A DNA stretch of 64,000 nucleotides from Glaucostegus cemiculus (GCA_976551045.1 CDPCPM010000367.1:744001-808000); one strand, 5' to 3'. Shown: positions 1 through 13,603, counted from the first letter of the stretch. Translations and numbers: made by a program. The notes: generated from the sequence alone by a model not told the origin.

Positions 1-289
1 GACATTATTCCTATTAATACTGCAACTCAGTCAATTTCCTTCTTTTAAAAGAAACAGCAGTATAATAAATTTTCTAATGAACCAGGTGATTTTTTTTAAA
101 AAAAGCACAGGAAACTGAGCCCCAGTGAGTTAAAAAGGATTATGGGAAACAGGGAGCCAGATTGTGAACTACATGATTTCTAAACAGCTGGATAGCAGAT
201 TATTGGAGTTTTACTGAATGTAAATATTTAATAGCAGGTTAGAATTAATAAAAGGCATCCTCTGTTGTGAATGTGAAGTAACCTGGTGT

Positions 290-295
290 TTTATT
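290..295 (-). terminator. Candidate distal polyadenylation signal AATAAA
   Basis: tttatt on + strand at 290-295, about 800 nt after the stop. Confidence 0.55.
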
Positions 296-654
296 ATTCA
301 TTATGGAAGATACACAAACTTGAAAAATGTAAAACATATAAAAGAGCTTAAGGGCTGCCATCTTATGAGATAAATATTCATACACAGTCATAGCGTACAA
401 CAGGGTACAATGATAGTGTGAAATTCAACAAGCTCTCCACTGAAGTTAGTTTTATAAAAAAAATTATACTATGCTTTGTACAAACATCACATTTGTTCTG
501 AGTAATATGCAGTGGATTGCTAGAATTGTTTTTGGAGATTTCGGCATTCCTACAGAATTTGTAGATATTACAGTGTATTTAAGAGTAACAGTGTTTAAAA
601 TTAAAGGAAATAGAACTATTGTAATAAATCCAAATATATGCAACTAATAAACCA

Positions 655-660
655 TTTATT
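655..660 (-). terminator. Candidate proximal polyadenylation signal AATAAA
   Basis: tttatt on + strand at 655-660. Confidence 0.4.
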
Positions 661-1092
661 CCATTTACTGTCAATGAAGAATGATAGGTACAAATCTTTT
701 TCTGCCTTACCTGAAATAATTTACACGGAAGGAAGCTAGATTATCTCCAAATAGTGATTATATAAATTTTCCTCTGCATTTCAACAGCTTTAAGATGCTA
801 TTAAAACAGCTGTTTCTTTGCACAAATGATTTTAAAACTCAACCAACATTGTAGTGTAATTATAACAAATGTAGCTGCTATTTAAGTGAAACCAGTTTTG
901 CCACTATGCAGTAAATCAATCAAGCATATCAATATCAACGTAAAAACCACTGGTCTACAATGTGTCTATGAAAAATGATAGTTTCTTAACTGCTTTTTAG
1001 ACTAAAGTGAAACAATTCTACAGTTATTAGTCTGTAAACCTGTACTGCAGAATATGAAGTTAACTTGAATCTTGTCTTCACCAAATTCCAAC

Positions 1093-1209
1093 TTAAGCAG
1101 AAGATGTAACACTTTGCTTGTAGACAGCATGGTACGCATTTCGCAGGAGGACATAGGGAAAACAAGATTCCAGCAGATCCATTGTCAGAAAAGGAGACTC
1201 TTGAACAAT
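1093..1209 (-). CDS. NCKAP1: NCKAP1 last coding exon (~exon 31), coding part including TAA
   Basis: [38 protein letters not shown]; acceptor TTTTCTGCAG; stop TAA at 1093-1095. Confidence 0.97.
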
Positions 1210-1951
1210 CTGCAGAAAATTTCAGCCACACGTCACCCAATGATTATATCTGGTGGCACTTCAATCACCAAAATAGGCCACACTGTTGCTATGCTTATGT
1301 CATGGTTCAAACAAACCAGAAAAGCCTCAACAAAACTACTGCTAGCAGCTCAGCCAGAGCATCATAAATAACACACTAAACAATCCTCTAAAGAAAAGGG
1401 GGTCTGTAAGTGCAAAGTTAAAACAAATACTGTGGGTCATTTTTCAAAGTGTGACAAGCTAGATGTTTGCAGATGAGCTCATAACATAAAACGTGACTGC
1501 TAAGTGCAAGCAATTACCCTGGTTATCAGAGTTTGCCCAAATCTAAATAGATTTTGTAACACTGTTCTAATTGTTTGCTACTGCGACTGCATAGCCAGGA
1601 AAAAGACTGTAGGTTAAGAAAAAAATCAAGATTAAGTCATTGTAGTAGTAGAAATACGATTACAATCAAGAAAGATATATGAGGCTGCTATTTGGCAATC
1701 AGTGATAGACCACTGCAGAGTTGTGCAGATGATGCCAACTGACCTCTAAACCAATGAGGGATAGAGGCAAGGCTGCACAAGACCATAACTGGCCAGTAAG
1801 TTTGGGTAAAAGTAGTTTATAGCAAAGATAGATTTAACTACTTGGTTGGCACAGCTGGAAGGGCAAAATGTTTTCCTCTTATTAATGACTGTAAATTTCT
1901 ATGACATGACTGCATATAATCTAGATGTAAATAATGTAACTTAATACTCAC

Positions 1952-2041
1952 CATGTCCAGCAGAAGGTAAACAGATTCTCTGTTTCTGGTAGTGGTCTTG
2001 TCAGTCTCTTGTCCAATTTTTAACAAACTTGAAGATGCAAG
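1952..2041 (-). CDS. NCKAP1: NCKAP1 coding exon (~exon 30, 90 nt)
   Basis: [30 protein letters not shown]; acceptor TTTCTATAG, donor ATG|GTGAGT. Confidence 0.97.
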
Positions 2042-2789
2042 CTATAGAAACGTTGAATATATTATTAATGTTGATCTTAATAAATTGTCAATGACTAGCT
2101 ATAGTACTTTTTGTTAAGAAATACAGGATCTACCAATTGAAGAAAGTTCAGACAGCAAGTCAAAAGTTGACAAATAGAAGGGTTGAAGTTAGTTGTGCAT
2201 CATCTCATAATGATGCAGTAGTTTCCTTTACACCAAGTACTGAAGTTACATGAGAAGGAGAGCTACTAAAATGCAATAAAGACATGAGAATTGCAAACAG
2301 CAAAAAAAATTTGCTAGAGTTGCCAAAACTACACAAAAACTACATAAACACTCTAAATTAGTTTCCAGTGGAGTAACAAATAGATATAATACAAATTAAA
2401 AGGCAGCAATGGAAATAAACATTAGATATAAGATAAAACCTCCAGGAGAAAAGAGTTTCCAGCTTCAAGGAACTAAAATAAACCATAGATGTGAAAAAGA
2501 CAGATATACTGGTAATAACTTTCCAAACCTCTCCAGATTCATGTACTGTACATGTTGGTTTGAAATATTGTGAAAGATGCAACATTATTTAAGGAAAGAA
2601 TTGGAGAGAAGAAACAAGGTCGCTAAAGGTCTCATAGCTTAATGTCTATTTTGTGGAAATTGCTGGAATCTGTCACCATTATTGAATGTTTGTGCAAGTG
2701 TAAGATGATCTAAAAATTTAAGGTAGATTTCTGGGACTCATTTTGAGGGAGATGCAACCTTGATTGAGCCAGGACTTCCTGAAATCCTC

Positions 2790-3860
2790 AAAGAAGTCAG
2801 GCTTTGCCAATTTGATTCATTCCACATGATGCCAAGTAGCAACTGAGAGCACCAGTTACAGCAATGTCCATGGGACCAGACAACATCCCAGCTGTAGCAC
2901 TGAAGACCACCAGCATCTCTAGCCAAGCTGTTCCAGGACGGTTACAACACTGGTATCTACCCAAAATGGAAAACTGCACAGCAATATCCTGGTCACACAA
3001 AGTAGAACCAATCAATTCATCTAAATACCACCCATGTCTACCTTAATGATCAAAGTCATCAATAGTCCTGGCAAACAGCACAAACTCACTAATGCCCTCT
3101 GTGTTTCACCAGGACTACTCAGTTCCAGATCACATCAGTCTTGGTCCAAAGATGGACGAGGATCTTGGTTCTAGACGTGGGACACTATTTGACAGTGGGT
3201 TATCAGGTTGCCCTGAAAAAACTGAAGATTGGGCCTCAGGAACTCCCTCACAGCTGTCTTTGCACTGTTGTCACCAGTGGGCAGAAGCACAACTGGACCA
3301 ACCACATAAATAATTTGGCTAGGAGAGCAGGTCAAAGGCTGGCTATTCTGCAGTGTATGATTCCCTAAAGTCATTAGAGACAACCCAAAGTCTTTCCACA
3401 AGTCAGAACTGCAATGGAATATTCTTCCCTGACATGGATGGGTGTAGCACCGACAAGCATCATGAATTACAATTCCATGCAGGGCAAAACAGTTGACTTG
3501 ACTGGCACCTCAACCATCTCAGGAGCACAGGGACCACTGTGTACATCTACAAAATGCACTGCAGTTACTTGTCCAGACTACTCTTGACAGTACCTCCCAA
3601 ACTTGTGTGCTCTACCAAGGACTGCATAGGAACACTACCATCTACAGGTTCCCATTCAAGTCACACACTAGACTGATTTAGAAATACATTACCAGCCCTA
3701 AATCCTGGAACTCCTTCTCCAAACAATACTGTGGGAATATTTTCACCAAAAAGACATTGGCTCAAAGAAGCAACTCACCATACCAACTCAAGAGCAATTA
3801 GAAATAGGCAACAAATAATTGCCTTGCCAGGAACATCCAGCTCCTGAAAGTGAATAAAGA
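2790..3860 (+). mobile_element. Decayed CR1/L2-group LINE, RT region to 3' tail
   Basis: MGPDNIPAVALK motif (ORF 2864..3046), NNLARRAGQRLAIL (ORF 3141..3368), tail gagcaattag...gccttgccag...tgaataaa; many frameshifts and deletions. Confidence 0.75.
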
Positions 3861-4918
3861 TAAAAACTTCTTGGCTACTGCTTGTTGTGGGAGAGATCTT
3901 AAACTATCTGGCAAAAAGGGAACCTCCACACTTATCTGGAAGGGAAAGGCACAAAGCTGGAAAACAGGACAGTGTTAGGAAGTTTGGAAGGCAGAAGAAA
4001 CAGGGGCAAATAAAAACATAAATTTGATAGCATTTAATCATATACTTGAACACAAGGAATCAAGGAATATGAAGATAAGATGAACAGATATGCAAATGGA
4101 CTGAAGATACAAACTTATACTGCAATGTAGCTTAATGAGGACAGGAATTGGATATGCTGTTTCTGAATCAGCTGGGAATTAAAGAGAAAAAAAACAATGG
4201 CAGATACAATTATGTTTGAAAACAATTGTAACTACAAGGACATGATACTGGAAGTATAAACAAATGAGTTCAAGGGTTTATCTGAGGAGAAAAGATGAAA
4301 AATTGCACTGCCGCCAAAAAGGGACTGGAAATAGCCTCTTGAAAATAGAGCATCAGAACTGAGAGGCAATCAAAGAGGAGATGAGAGTTCAGAACAAATA
4401 TATTTTTAAGGAAGGTGGTGAGGCTCCCATCCAGATCTACTACTTGGATGTTAAGAGTAGGATGAAGTATTTTAAAAAAGGAAGCCTAATCTGATACTGG
4501 AAACATGATAGCACCATCAACATTGGGGAGTACAGAAACTACAGGAATGATTTTGAAAAGGAGAGTTGGAAGATACTAGATGAGATAAAAATCATTAAGT
4601 AAAATTAGGGAAGCTGACAAGATGTTTTCTAATTATTTATCTGGCCCTTAATCTAAAGGAAATATGGCCTCTTAGAGGCCAAAATGTGCATAGATAATGT
4701 GGGTATGGTTCTACAATAAACACTATGCATCTGTCTTCATTTAACAGGCAAACAATTCATTTTGCAGTTAAGACATTGTGTGAAATATTTCAATAGAATA
4801 TGAACTGAGAGAAAATAGAGTTGAGCATCTTGAAAGTAGATGAACTGCCAGGCCAGCATGAAATATACCACAAACTCCAAGTTGTTAAGAGAAGCAAGGC
4901 AGGAAATAGCGGAGCGGA

Positions 4919-4937
4919 GGGGAGGGGAGGGGAGGGG
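4919..4937 (+). repeat. (GGGGA)n microsatellite, potential G-quadruplex
   Basis: ggggaggggaggggagggg: four G4 runs with 1-nt loops. Confidence 0.8.
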
Positions 4938-5029
4938 AGGCGTGGGTGGCAGTGTTGACCACCATTTTCTAATCTTCTCTGGCCAAAGGTGTGCTGTCAA
5001 ACAATTGCTAAAAGGTGGCATTGCTCAAA

Positions 5030-6240
5030 AAGGAAGACATGGATATGACAAGTAATTATAGCCCAGTCAATATCATGTCTACAGTCAGTGAACTATTGGA
5101 GAAAACTGAGGGATGGTTTCAGTCTTCATTTAAAATGGCAAGCATTAATCAAGGACAGTATTATTTGCTAAGGGAAAGTCACATCTAACTTTACTGATTA
5201 TTTTTTTTTGCAGTTAGAGGGATGATTTGAGGATAATACATTCAATTGTTTCTGAATGGATTTTAAGGCTTTTGACAAAGCCCCAGTGGCAGAGTAGTCA
5301 GAAAAGCAAAGTCAAATTTGGCTCAGTGACAGGAGCAAACTGTAAAGTTTGATTTTTTTTAATGACCAAATCATTATTTACAGTAGTTTGAGAGTTCAAT
5401 GTTACATCCCTTCCAATTTTGTGGTATATATATCAACGATTTAGACTTAAATTTAAGAATTATGATTATGTTTGCAGATGATACAAATATGGGACATAAT
5501 TGACACCAAGGATGAAAATTAAATACTATATCAGATTTCAGTGTTGGTGGTAAATGCAATTCAATCTGGATAAGTGTGAGGTGATGTACTTAGGGAGGGC
5601 AATCACAGCAAATGAACACAAAATAAATGGCAGCGTGCAGAGAACTGTAGGGAAAAAGGCAGATAGATTGGGTGACTGAGGCAGCATATGGGAAACCTGA
5701 CAGGCAAAAAAACAGCAGTTTTCTGGAACCACATTAACACTAGTTGGGTCACAGCTACATTACTTCATAGTTCTGGTCACCATATTATAGCATGTATACA
5801 CTTGTGTTAGACAGAGTGAGCACAGGAAATTAACATGGACATTTATGTGGACTGGAAAATTTTAGTAAACAGAAAGACTGGATAAGCTGGGGTCACATTC
5901 CCTGAAATAAAGACGGCTGAGGGAGATATAATTAAGGTGTATAAAACTGAGGAATCTAGACAGATTAGATCTAATTCCACGAGCAGAGCCAATAACCAGG
6001 AGTCATAGATTAAAAAAACCTATTGAAAGTAGAAAAGAAATTTCAGCCAGACAGCAGTAATGATTTGAAACTCCATGTCCTCAAAAAAATGGTGAAGGCA
6101 GAAATCCTCATTTCAATTAAAAAGCACTTATAAGCTCCTAAAATATCATATCCTCTTAGGCTATGGATAGAACTAGAAAGTGGGATGAGGCTGCATAGTT
6201 CTTTTTGGATCAGCACAGATGCAATGTGCCAAATTGCCTA
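5030..6240 (+). mobile_element. Old CR1 (HER1-like) LINE 3' portion
   Basis: NYSPV-like start, tttgcagatgatac (FADDT RT motif) near 5470, tggtaaatgcaattcaatctggataagtgtgaggtg, ggctgagggagatataatt, and a CR1-type tail. Confidence 0.8.
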
Positions 6241-6349
6241 GTTTAATGCCATTAACTTCTGTTTGTCTATTTAAGTGTTGGCTACCTTTTTTTTGTTTGG
6301 TTACTGGCATGGTGGAGCAGGAAGCATGAAGGAAGGCTCCCTATATAAA

Positions 6350-7030
6350 CAGCCAGAATACATTTGATAAGGGATTATTAGCAAAAATGGCATGGATCAG
6401 TAATTGGATGGGAGGCAGGAGATAGTAGAGAACATTCTCGGAACGGAAGGATGTGCAAATTGCTGCTCCTTCGAGATCTGGTCTGGAGCCTCAGCAATTG
6501 CTTAGAAATAAAACATTATTCCACCAGCCAATTTTCCAATGATAGGAGGTACAGCGAGTTGGGTGAATGCAAGGAGGAAGTTAGAAAGGGCCATGGCAGG
6601 ATAAATGAATGGCCAAGACCAGAGCATTTAAATGAAAAAGATGCATTTTGGATTAGAGACAAGGTATTCATAATACTTTCTTAACACTGAGAGGATTGAA
6701 AGAGTGGATGAAAAAGGTAATTTCAATATGAAGATGCAAGTTACAAAAAGGCACAAGAATGCAGACCTTTATTTCAAGGAAGCTGGAAGTAGCGAGGAAG
6801 TGATATGGACTCTAAAAATGGGACCAGACCATTCAAGAGTAAAAACCAGAGATACAAAATGTAATGGAAATTTGTAACTTATCCTCTAAATGACTAAGTC
6901 AATTGAATTTATGACCGAGTTTGATAGATTTATAGGAGGTATCAAGTGATAAGTAGCAAAGACAAGGAAGCAAAACTGCACTATCTAGCCATGATAGAAT
7001 TGAATGGTAAATAGGCTTGAGGGATAATTG
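6350..7030 (+). mobile_element. Highly decayed CR1 LINE fragment
   Basis: Degenerate CR1 ORF2 C-terminal phrases and a tail tagccatgatagaattgaatgg...ggcttgaggg. Confidence 0.5.
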
Positions 7031-7879
7031 GCATGGTTGCATTGCAAATGAGGAACAGATCTCTCTTCCACTTTCTGGTACTTAAGTAAAAGCAGTTAAG
7101 AATAACGTTTTAAAATAGCAATTGGAAACATTTTATCCTTTAAATTGCAAGCACCTCTAAGGAATTCTTGAATGCCTGGGTAGTAAGGTTTTTTCTTTCA
7201 AATATTTCAGGGCAATTTTACAAATTTGAATTCCCAGCACAGGGCTTTGCATGCCTGGAGCTCATATCAGAAATTGGGCCGAGGTCACCACAGTCACAAC
7301 ACTGCCCATTAACTTTAATGGGCGGAAAATCCTGCTGCATGCGCATTGTGCATGAATTCCTGATGTGCAATCCTACAGCCTGAAAGTTTGCTTCAGGACT
7401 GCAAATTCATTAAATTGACTTTTACTTCTGCACCACTTTTGGAAATATATACTCTGACAATATACACTCCCTCCTAAAATCCTTTTTAAAAAAAAGTTAG
7501 TTTCAGAAATTTAATTCCTGCAACTTTCTCTGCATCTATTCTCCATTAATTTTATAATAATTATCTTTGTTACACAAACAATCAGAAAAAAATCTACATT
7601 TGCTCAAATGACCAATTTACAAACCTTGGATAAAACAAAGTGATCCAATTTCAAAAGTAGACGTGTTCCTAACATTTCAATTGTGTTCACCCTATCAGTC
7701 CTTTCTTCCTCAATTTCTCTATCCGTTAAAATCACCTACTCTACTTGCTTCCCGATAATCATGACCTTATATTGCAGAAAAAGTTTCAAGCTGTATTCTT
7801 TACTTTTTACTTAGAGTTCTCCTTATATTATTAACTTCAGAATGCCAATTTATAAGCTAAAAACTACAATCATTCAATT

Positions 7880-8740
7880 CAGCATATAAACTAGCTATAT
7901 GGCCTATTGTGTCTGTACCAGCCCCAAGAGCCAACATGTCCCACTCCTCTGCTCTTTCCCTAGAGCTTAGCAAATTCCTACCTTTCAAATATTTAACCAA
8001 TTACCTCTTGGGAGTTATTGAACTTGCTTCCACCATTTCAAGGGACTGCTTTCCATATCACTCGCGCAATTATTTCCCCCTTCTTATATTGCCTTTGACA
8101 CTGGGATTAGTTTGCTCATTTAATTTACTCAAAATTTGGTCATCTTTTCAAACACCTATCACGTTTTCATTAAACTTCTGTTTCTCCCACACATGAAGTC
8201 TCTCATCCTCCGTATCATTGAGGTAAATCTGTTGTGCAGTCCCTCTGCATCTGGCAGGTGTCCTGAGGTATGGTGCCCAGAATTGAACACAATACTCCTT
8301 CTGAGGTCTAACCAATGCTTAGTAAGTGTCAACAAAATTTTCTTGCCTTTGTACTTTAGCTTCAATCCAGGGCCAACACGTTTATCAAACTTCCCCCCTT
8401 TGCTCTGCCACTTTCGGAGTTGTACATTCCCCAGGTCTGTCTGCAACTGTTTAAAATAGCACCATTTTGTTTCTGTTGCCTCTGTTTATTCTCCTTCCCA
8501 AAAGTGATCAGTTCATACTTTTGTAAAACATGCGTCATACTTCTGTCCATTTTACTAGCAATCTGTTGTTCTGAGGTCTGTTACTGTCCTCCCCAATGCT
8601 CACTACTCCTTGGAGAGAGACGGGTCTGGCACTACTACACACTTCCCTTCTGGAAAACTACTGCTGCGATTTACTCTTTCCCTTAGCCAATTCAGTTTTC
8701 ATTTAACCACCATCTCCTTAATCCCACACACTTCAGCTTC
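7880..8740 (-). mobile_element. Decayed CR1 LINE 3' portion
   Basis: Reverse-complemented CR1 phrases (tggtgcccagaattgaacacaatactcc...ggtctaaccaatgc, corresponding to LVRP-LEYCVQFWAP). Confidence 0.7.
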
Positions 8741-8769
8741 TTGTTTACTTGCTTACTTAAACTTGGGAA

Positions 8770-9012
8770 ATCAGCCATTTGGCCTGTCATGTGCATGTTG
8801 CCTCGTCATAGAGCGATCCTATCTACCCGATTCCCCGTCGCCCTGCAACAGCAACTTCATTTCACATGGCTAATCAACTCCCTTTTGCCACTTATACTAA
8901 GGCATAATTTATAGCAGCCATTTAAGCTACCAGCACATGTTTTGGAAGTGGGAGGCAACCAGAGCATCTGGTGGAACCCACATGGTCACAGGACAGCTCT
9001 GCATAGACAGAA
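8770..9012 (-). mobile_element. V-SINE (HE1-like) remnant
   Basis: gtgggaggcaaccagagcatctggtggaacccacatggtcacagg is the reverse complement of the V-domain seen in the younger copy at 26011. Confidence 0.7.
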
Positions 9013-11795
9013 CAGAGTCTGTATGGGCAAAAAATCCTGAAACTCACTGCTTAACAGCATCTTCACCTGGAATGCGACAGTTACCATCTCAAGAGCATTT
9101 TTAGATGAGCAATAAGTGCTGGTTACCAGCATGGTCAACTCTTGTGTTGAACACAAAAATATTTGCTAGTTATTTTTGCTTTATATCTCCCAATATTTCT
9201 AAAAACAATTGGAGGCTCATAGAATATGTAAACTTATATAAAGCATTACCTTTCAAGTGTATTTATTTGTCACTGCTACATTATTCTAAACTATTTGCAC
9301 CCCCTGCCAATATTTAGTTCAGTGATAAATTGAAAATAAAAATTTGAACTTGAAATTAAATAGTGAGGCTTGAATGCAGTCAAATTACTTTATACTAATG
9401 TAAACAACCAACATCAGTATATTTGTAAAACACCAAAAGATTTATAAATATTAAAATTATTACAATACTATTGATATTTTCCAAATTGGTTTCACATTGA
9501 ATGTTGCTATTGTATTAAATCAGCACCACACACACAGATCTGTTTAGTTTCTGTTATAGATAGCAGGTCTATCTAACAGTGCACATAAAAACCTACATTT
9601 AGGATCAGATGTACCTATTTGGAGCATGCAACATCTGTTAAATCTCATGGATCCAATTAGATTAGTGTACTGCACCTGATCTTTTGGCACACATCTATTA
9701 ATTTCAAGTTAAATAAATAGCATTCTAACATTGCAAATTGAAAAGATGGTGGTTAATACTTTTGTCCACAAATGGCAGTAAAATAATGACTTAAAAGCAA
9801 AGTAATTTACTGCTAACAGAGTATTACATTTCACTCCGCTCAACTAGAATGGATTTAATGATTGCAGAGGGTCAATTCTGAATGAAGCAGTGCAATTTTT
9901 CTAGCCACCTACATAGTTAACCATTTTAAAACATTGTTTTAAAATTATCAGAATGCTAATTGTGAAACTTCCATAATTAGGTTTTCATTTGACTGCTTGC
10001 ACAGCTCTTCTTATGAAATATAAAGAACCATTAGGCAGAAGTTCTGAAATCATAAAGTGGTGTGGATTTGGAAGCCGCAGGCAACTTTAAACTTTGAAAC
10101 AAAGCCTCGTCAAGAGATGAGCAATAAAACAAAAAGCAGCACATAATATGTGTTTCTATTAAGGTTCTGATAGGTTAATGGGATTTGTGAAGGAGAGATG
10201 GGGGAGGTGGGATAGCAGCGATGCATTACTTCCATATATAGTTTATTGCTAAAAAGCAACAATCAAGTTTCAATAGCAGTAATCATTTAAGAAATGTCAC
10301 AAATACAACCTTATTCAGATATAGCTTGAAGACATACCAGAGGGGCTAATGTTTTCGTAATTAAGGAAAGGCTCAAAAATGAATTAGCACTTCAATTCAG
10401 TACAAAACAGGAACATGTGAATTCTAACTGTGGAAAGAAGTAGTAACCTTAACTGTTAGCAATTTGGGATTAGTATTAATGGGAATTCAGGTGATACTCA
10501 ATAAAGTAGCTCTGATCAAGCAAAATCCTAATACCTCAAACTTATTCTTAAGATAAAATGGTCCATCTGTTATTTCAGATCTTGTGAACAGCTCAAGAAA
10601 TGGAAGGTTTACTTATCTGGTAACTGCCCATCCCATCAATATATCCTCAAGTGAATTACAATGAATGCATTGCTTTTGAAACAGTCCCTGACAAAGGCAA
10701 AAATGCAATCAATATGCAAACAGAAAATTCCTGACAAAAATATTAACTGAGAGATTTAAATAATATTTAATAAGTTAATAGTGTCATTCCTTATTTTGGT
10801 CCCATGCATTCATGAAGAGAGTAGGAGAACAATATACCCCACAGGACAGTCCAACATTTCCCTGCAGGACTTTTAGGGCAAAATACTATTTTTATAAAGC
10901 AAAAGATTAAATCATAGCGTTACTTCACAAATGCATAAGTGTTGTTCAAAATTCAGAATACATTCCTCATTTGAACAAGGAAAACAAGATAGCAATTCTA
11001 TTGGTACATTGAGGCTACATTTAGTTATTTGGATAGTGTGGGAATTCTTCTGCATTTTCTCCTGGGTGTTGCGGTTAGACAATTGGTGTTGGAGCAGTGA
11101 AGAAACACCAGAAAAAATTATTTTTGCACCATTGATCCTCTAACAATTTTAATATCCTTCATGAATCGAGATAGTTGGATTTAAATCTCTCACCATCCAG
11201 TGAGAGAATAAACAAGAAAAATAATATGGCAAACAGAAAATAGGAAGGAGAATAGAGGGATACATTGACTTTAGGTAAACACATACCTGATCCAAGTATA
11301 GAATTCCAAAATACCAAACTACTTCGCAGTCGCTCCCATTACACACAATCTGATCCAACTATAACATTTACAAATAAATCTTGATCCAAGCATAAAATGC
11401 TGCTATTAACCAACTTTTTTTAATACCACACTACATCTAGTCAAAGAACTGCTAAATTTCACCAAGAGACAGTAGCACAATTTAGAATCTAATCATTTAC
11501 GTTAAAAAGTGTTGTTTAGACTGAATTACTGAATGAATTCACTGTACATTAACCTTAAAACATTACTTTGTGGTTTTTTAATGAATGGTTAAATTGGCTG
11601 CACTAACAGTTTTCAAATATTTGCAAATTGGCTATTTTTATCTGCAGTTTATGGAAATCCTGATCCAAGCATAATCCTTATTGAAGCATAACATTTCTTG
11701 GCAATGTGGTCTTGTGCTTATAATGACTTGATTCCACCCGTTATAAAAGAAAAAAAATTAATTTTCCAGTAGCAAAAAGATCCTACTAATGAATA

Positions 11796-11852
11796 ATGTT
11801 CTTTATCTTGCTTTTCCCTATTGTCTGATCATGTTCTTTATCTTGCTTTTCC
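11796..11852. repeat. 22-bp perfect direct repeat, period 35
   Basis: atgttctttatcttgcttttcc at 11796-11817 and 11831-11852. Confidence 0.9.
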
Positions 11853-12358
11853 TCCCACTGTGTCCCATTTCTAACATTTTCATCATAAGGTAATTTCCAC
11901 ATTCCCATTCTTGACCAAGTTATTTAGCTGTAGAAAATGGTCACTAATCCATCACAAGATTTGTACCATTTTCTCAGGAAGTCAGATATAAAATTAAAAT
12001 AGAAACATTAAACATAAAGCATGAACTTTCAAAGTAAGCAGAGCAAGAAAATTTAATTGAAGCCAATGGTCTAACTTACTCACATTGCTTGTTTTACAAT
12101 GAAAAATAGAAACCAATTTCCCAAAAAAAAGGTTCATTTCTAAACCATGAATAAACTCCAGTTGAGAACTGACACATTTCCATTGTCTATCAAGTGATTA
12201 AAAATTAATACGATATCAATTTGTACATCAGAATCTAATATACAGAATATTCAAACTTACTCTACAGGCTCAGGGCAACAGTTAATCTTTTAATTAGATT
12301 GTAACTGTTGAACAGCCAGCACTATCTTGAGCTCAAGATGTTAAGTAGACTGTACTAC

Positions 12359-12523
12359 TACATTTTCCAAGTGCATTACTGTCATTATTACAAACAGCAA
12401 GGTTTGAACGTTCTGGCCACCATATGTGCTATTCAGATCATTTGGGACTCAGTTGTGTTGGTTGAAAAGTGCTTTTTACATTTTCCAAGTGCATTACTGT
12501 CATTATTACAAACAGCAAGGTTT
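12359..12523. repeat. 47-bp perfect direct repeat flanking a 71-bp spacer
   Basis: tacattttccaagtgcattactgtcattattacaaacagcaaggttt at 12359-12405 and 12477-12523. Confidence 0.92.
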
Positions 12524-13493
12524 CACAAACAGGAAATGTTGCGATTGATCAATTAGTATGTTGATAGTTGGTTGAGGAAAACTGCTTGCAGGATACCTTT
12601 ATATTAAGTTGCTGTTTAGTTTTGCACATGACCAAACAGAAATAGGATCTGAGGTTATCATACCTATAATGCAGCACCTCCAATAATGTAGTGCTCAGTA
12701 TTACACTTAAATATTAGCTTTAATTTTGCACTATAGTTGTGCAGCATGTCTCTGTAAAATCATTACATGATCGTTTCAAATAATACAAATAATTAATGTT
12801 GATGCTAAACAACATTCCAATTTTTAGCGTTCGAAGGCAAAACTGGTGCAATAATGGAGGGAACCTTCTTGTTCCATAATGAACTGAACAATAACTACGA
12901 GACCCTCCCTAACATTTTGGTCTTGTACCAAAAGGGTAATTCTCCGGGTAAGGGAATGAAGGTCAATACAGATAAAAATGGAACTTAAATATTTTAGGTG
13001 GAAAGGCTGATAAGCAAGAAAAAAAAGGAAATGGCCATAGAGTAAAACTGTGATAATCTACTACCCCACTGATTGGAAAGTAAAAACTTTCACTACCCCA
13101 TGGTCTGGCATCTGGTTATTGGGGCCCCATTTCCCATACGCTCTTTCACTAACTGGGCTCCCATTTCCCCGCACTCTCTTTCAACAGAATGGGTTCACTG
13201 GATAATTTATTACACTACTGTGTAATATTTTTTAAAAAGCAAAGGTATTTTGGTGTATAGTACCAAATAGGAGGAATATCCAATAGTTCAGAAAATTTGC
13301 CAACCTAGTATCCATATCTCAAGTATGCCAAATTATCAAAGTTTTACTATAAGTTCAATATGGGCAATGAAGTTTCCACTGTACATCCTGATTAATCCAA
13401 CCTACAGCCTTATTCTTTCCAACTTTGTGGTAAGATGTACTATTGACTTTAAACATTCATTCAGATTTAAAAACAAACAGGAACTCTACTTAC

Positions 13494-13603
13494 AGCAAGG
13501 AATTCTTTAAGTCGATCTTCAATGCTTCCTTTATGAATGGTGAACAAGGCAGCAGCGATTTGATTTATAGCTTTGGCCAAACAATGAATGTTGTTACAAT
13601 GCC
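13494..13603 (-). CDS. NCKAP1: NCKAP1 coding exon (~exon 29, 110 nt)
   Basis: (G)[36 protein letters not shown]; acceptor GTACAG, donor GCT|GTAAGT. Confidence 0.97.

Larger units (their letters stand above)
265..1092 (-). other. NCKAP1: NCKAP1 3'UTR (3' end approximate; it may extend past position 1)
   Basis: AU-rich sequence downstream of the stop with no recognisable TE; contains two AATAAA signals and several ATTTA pentamers on the minus strand. Confidence 0.75.

Noticed and set aside
15-22. miR-200b/c/429 8-mer site (CAGTATTA on minus strand)
   Set aside because: Lies downstream of both AATAAA signals; I cannot show it is in the mRNA.
1072-1371. 99-aa plus-strand ORF antisense to the last exon
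   Set aside because: Likely a shadow ORF of the real exon, with no independent coding or splice evidence.
12359-12523. Repeat-spacer-repeat resembling a CRISPR unit
   Set aside because: Only two repeats, a 71-bp spacer, no cas genes, and a vertebrate intron context.
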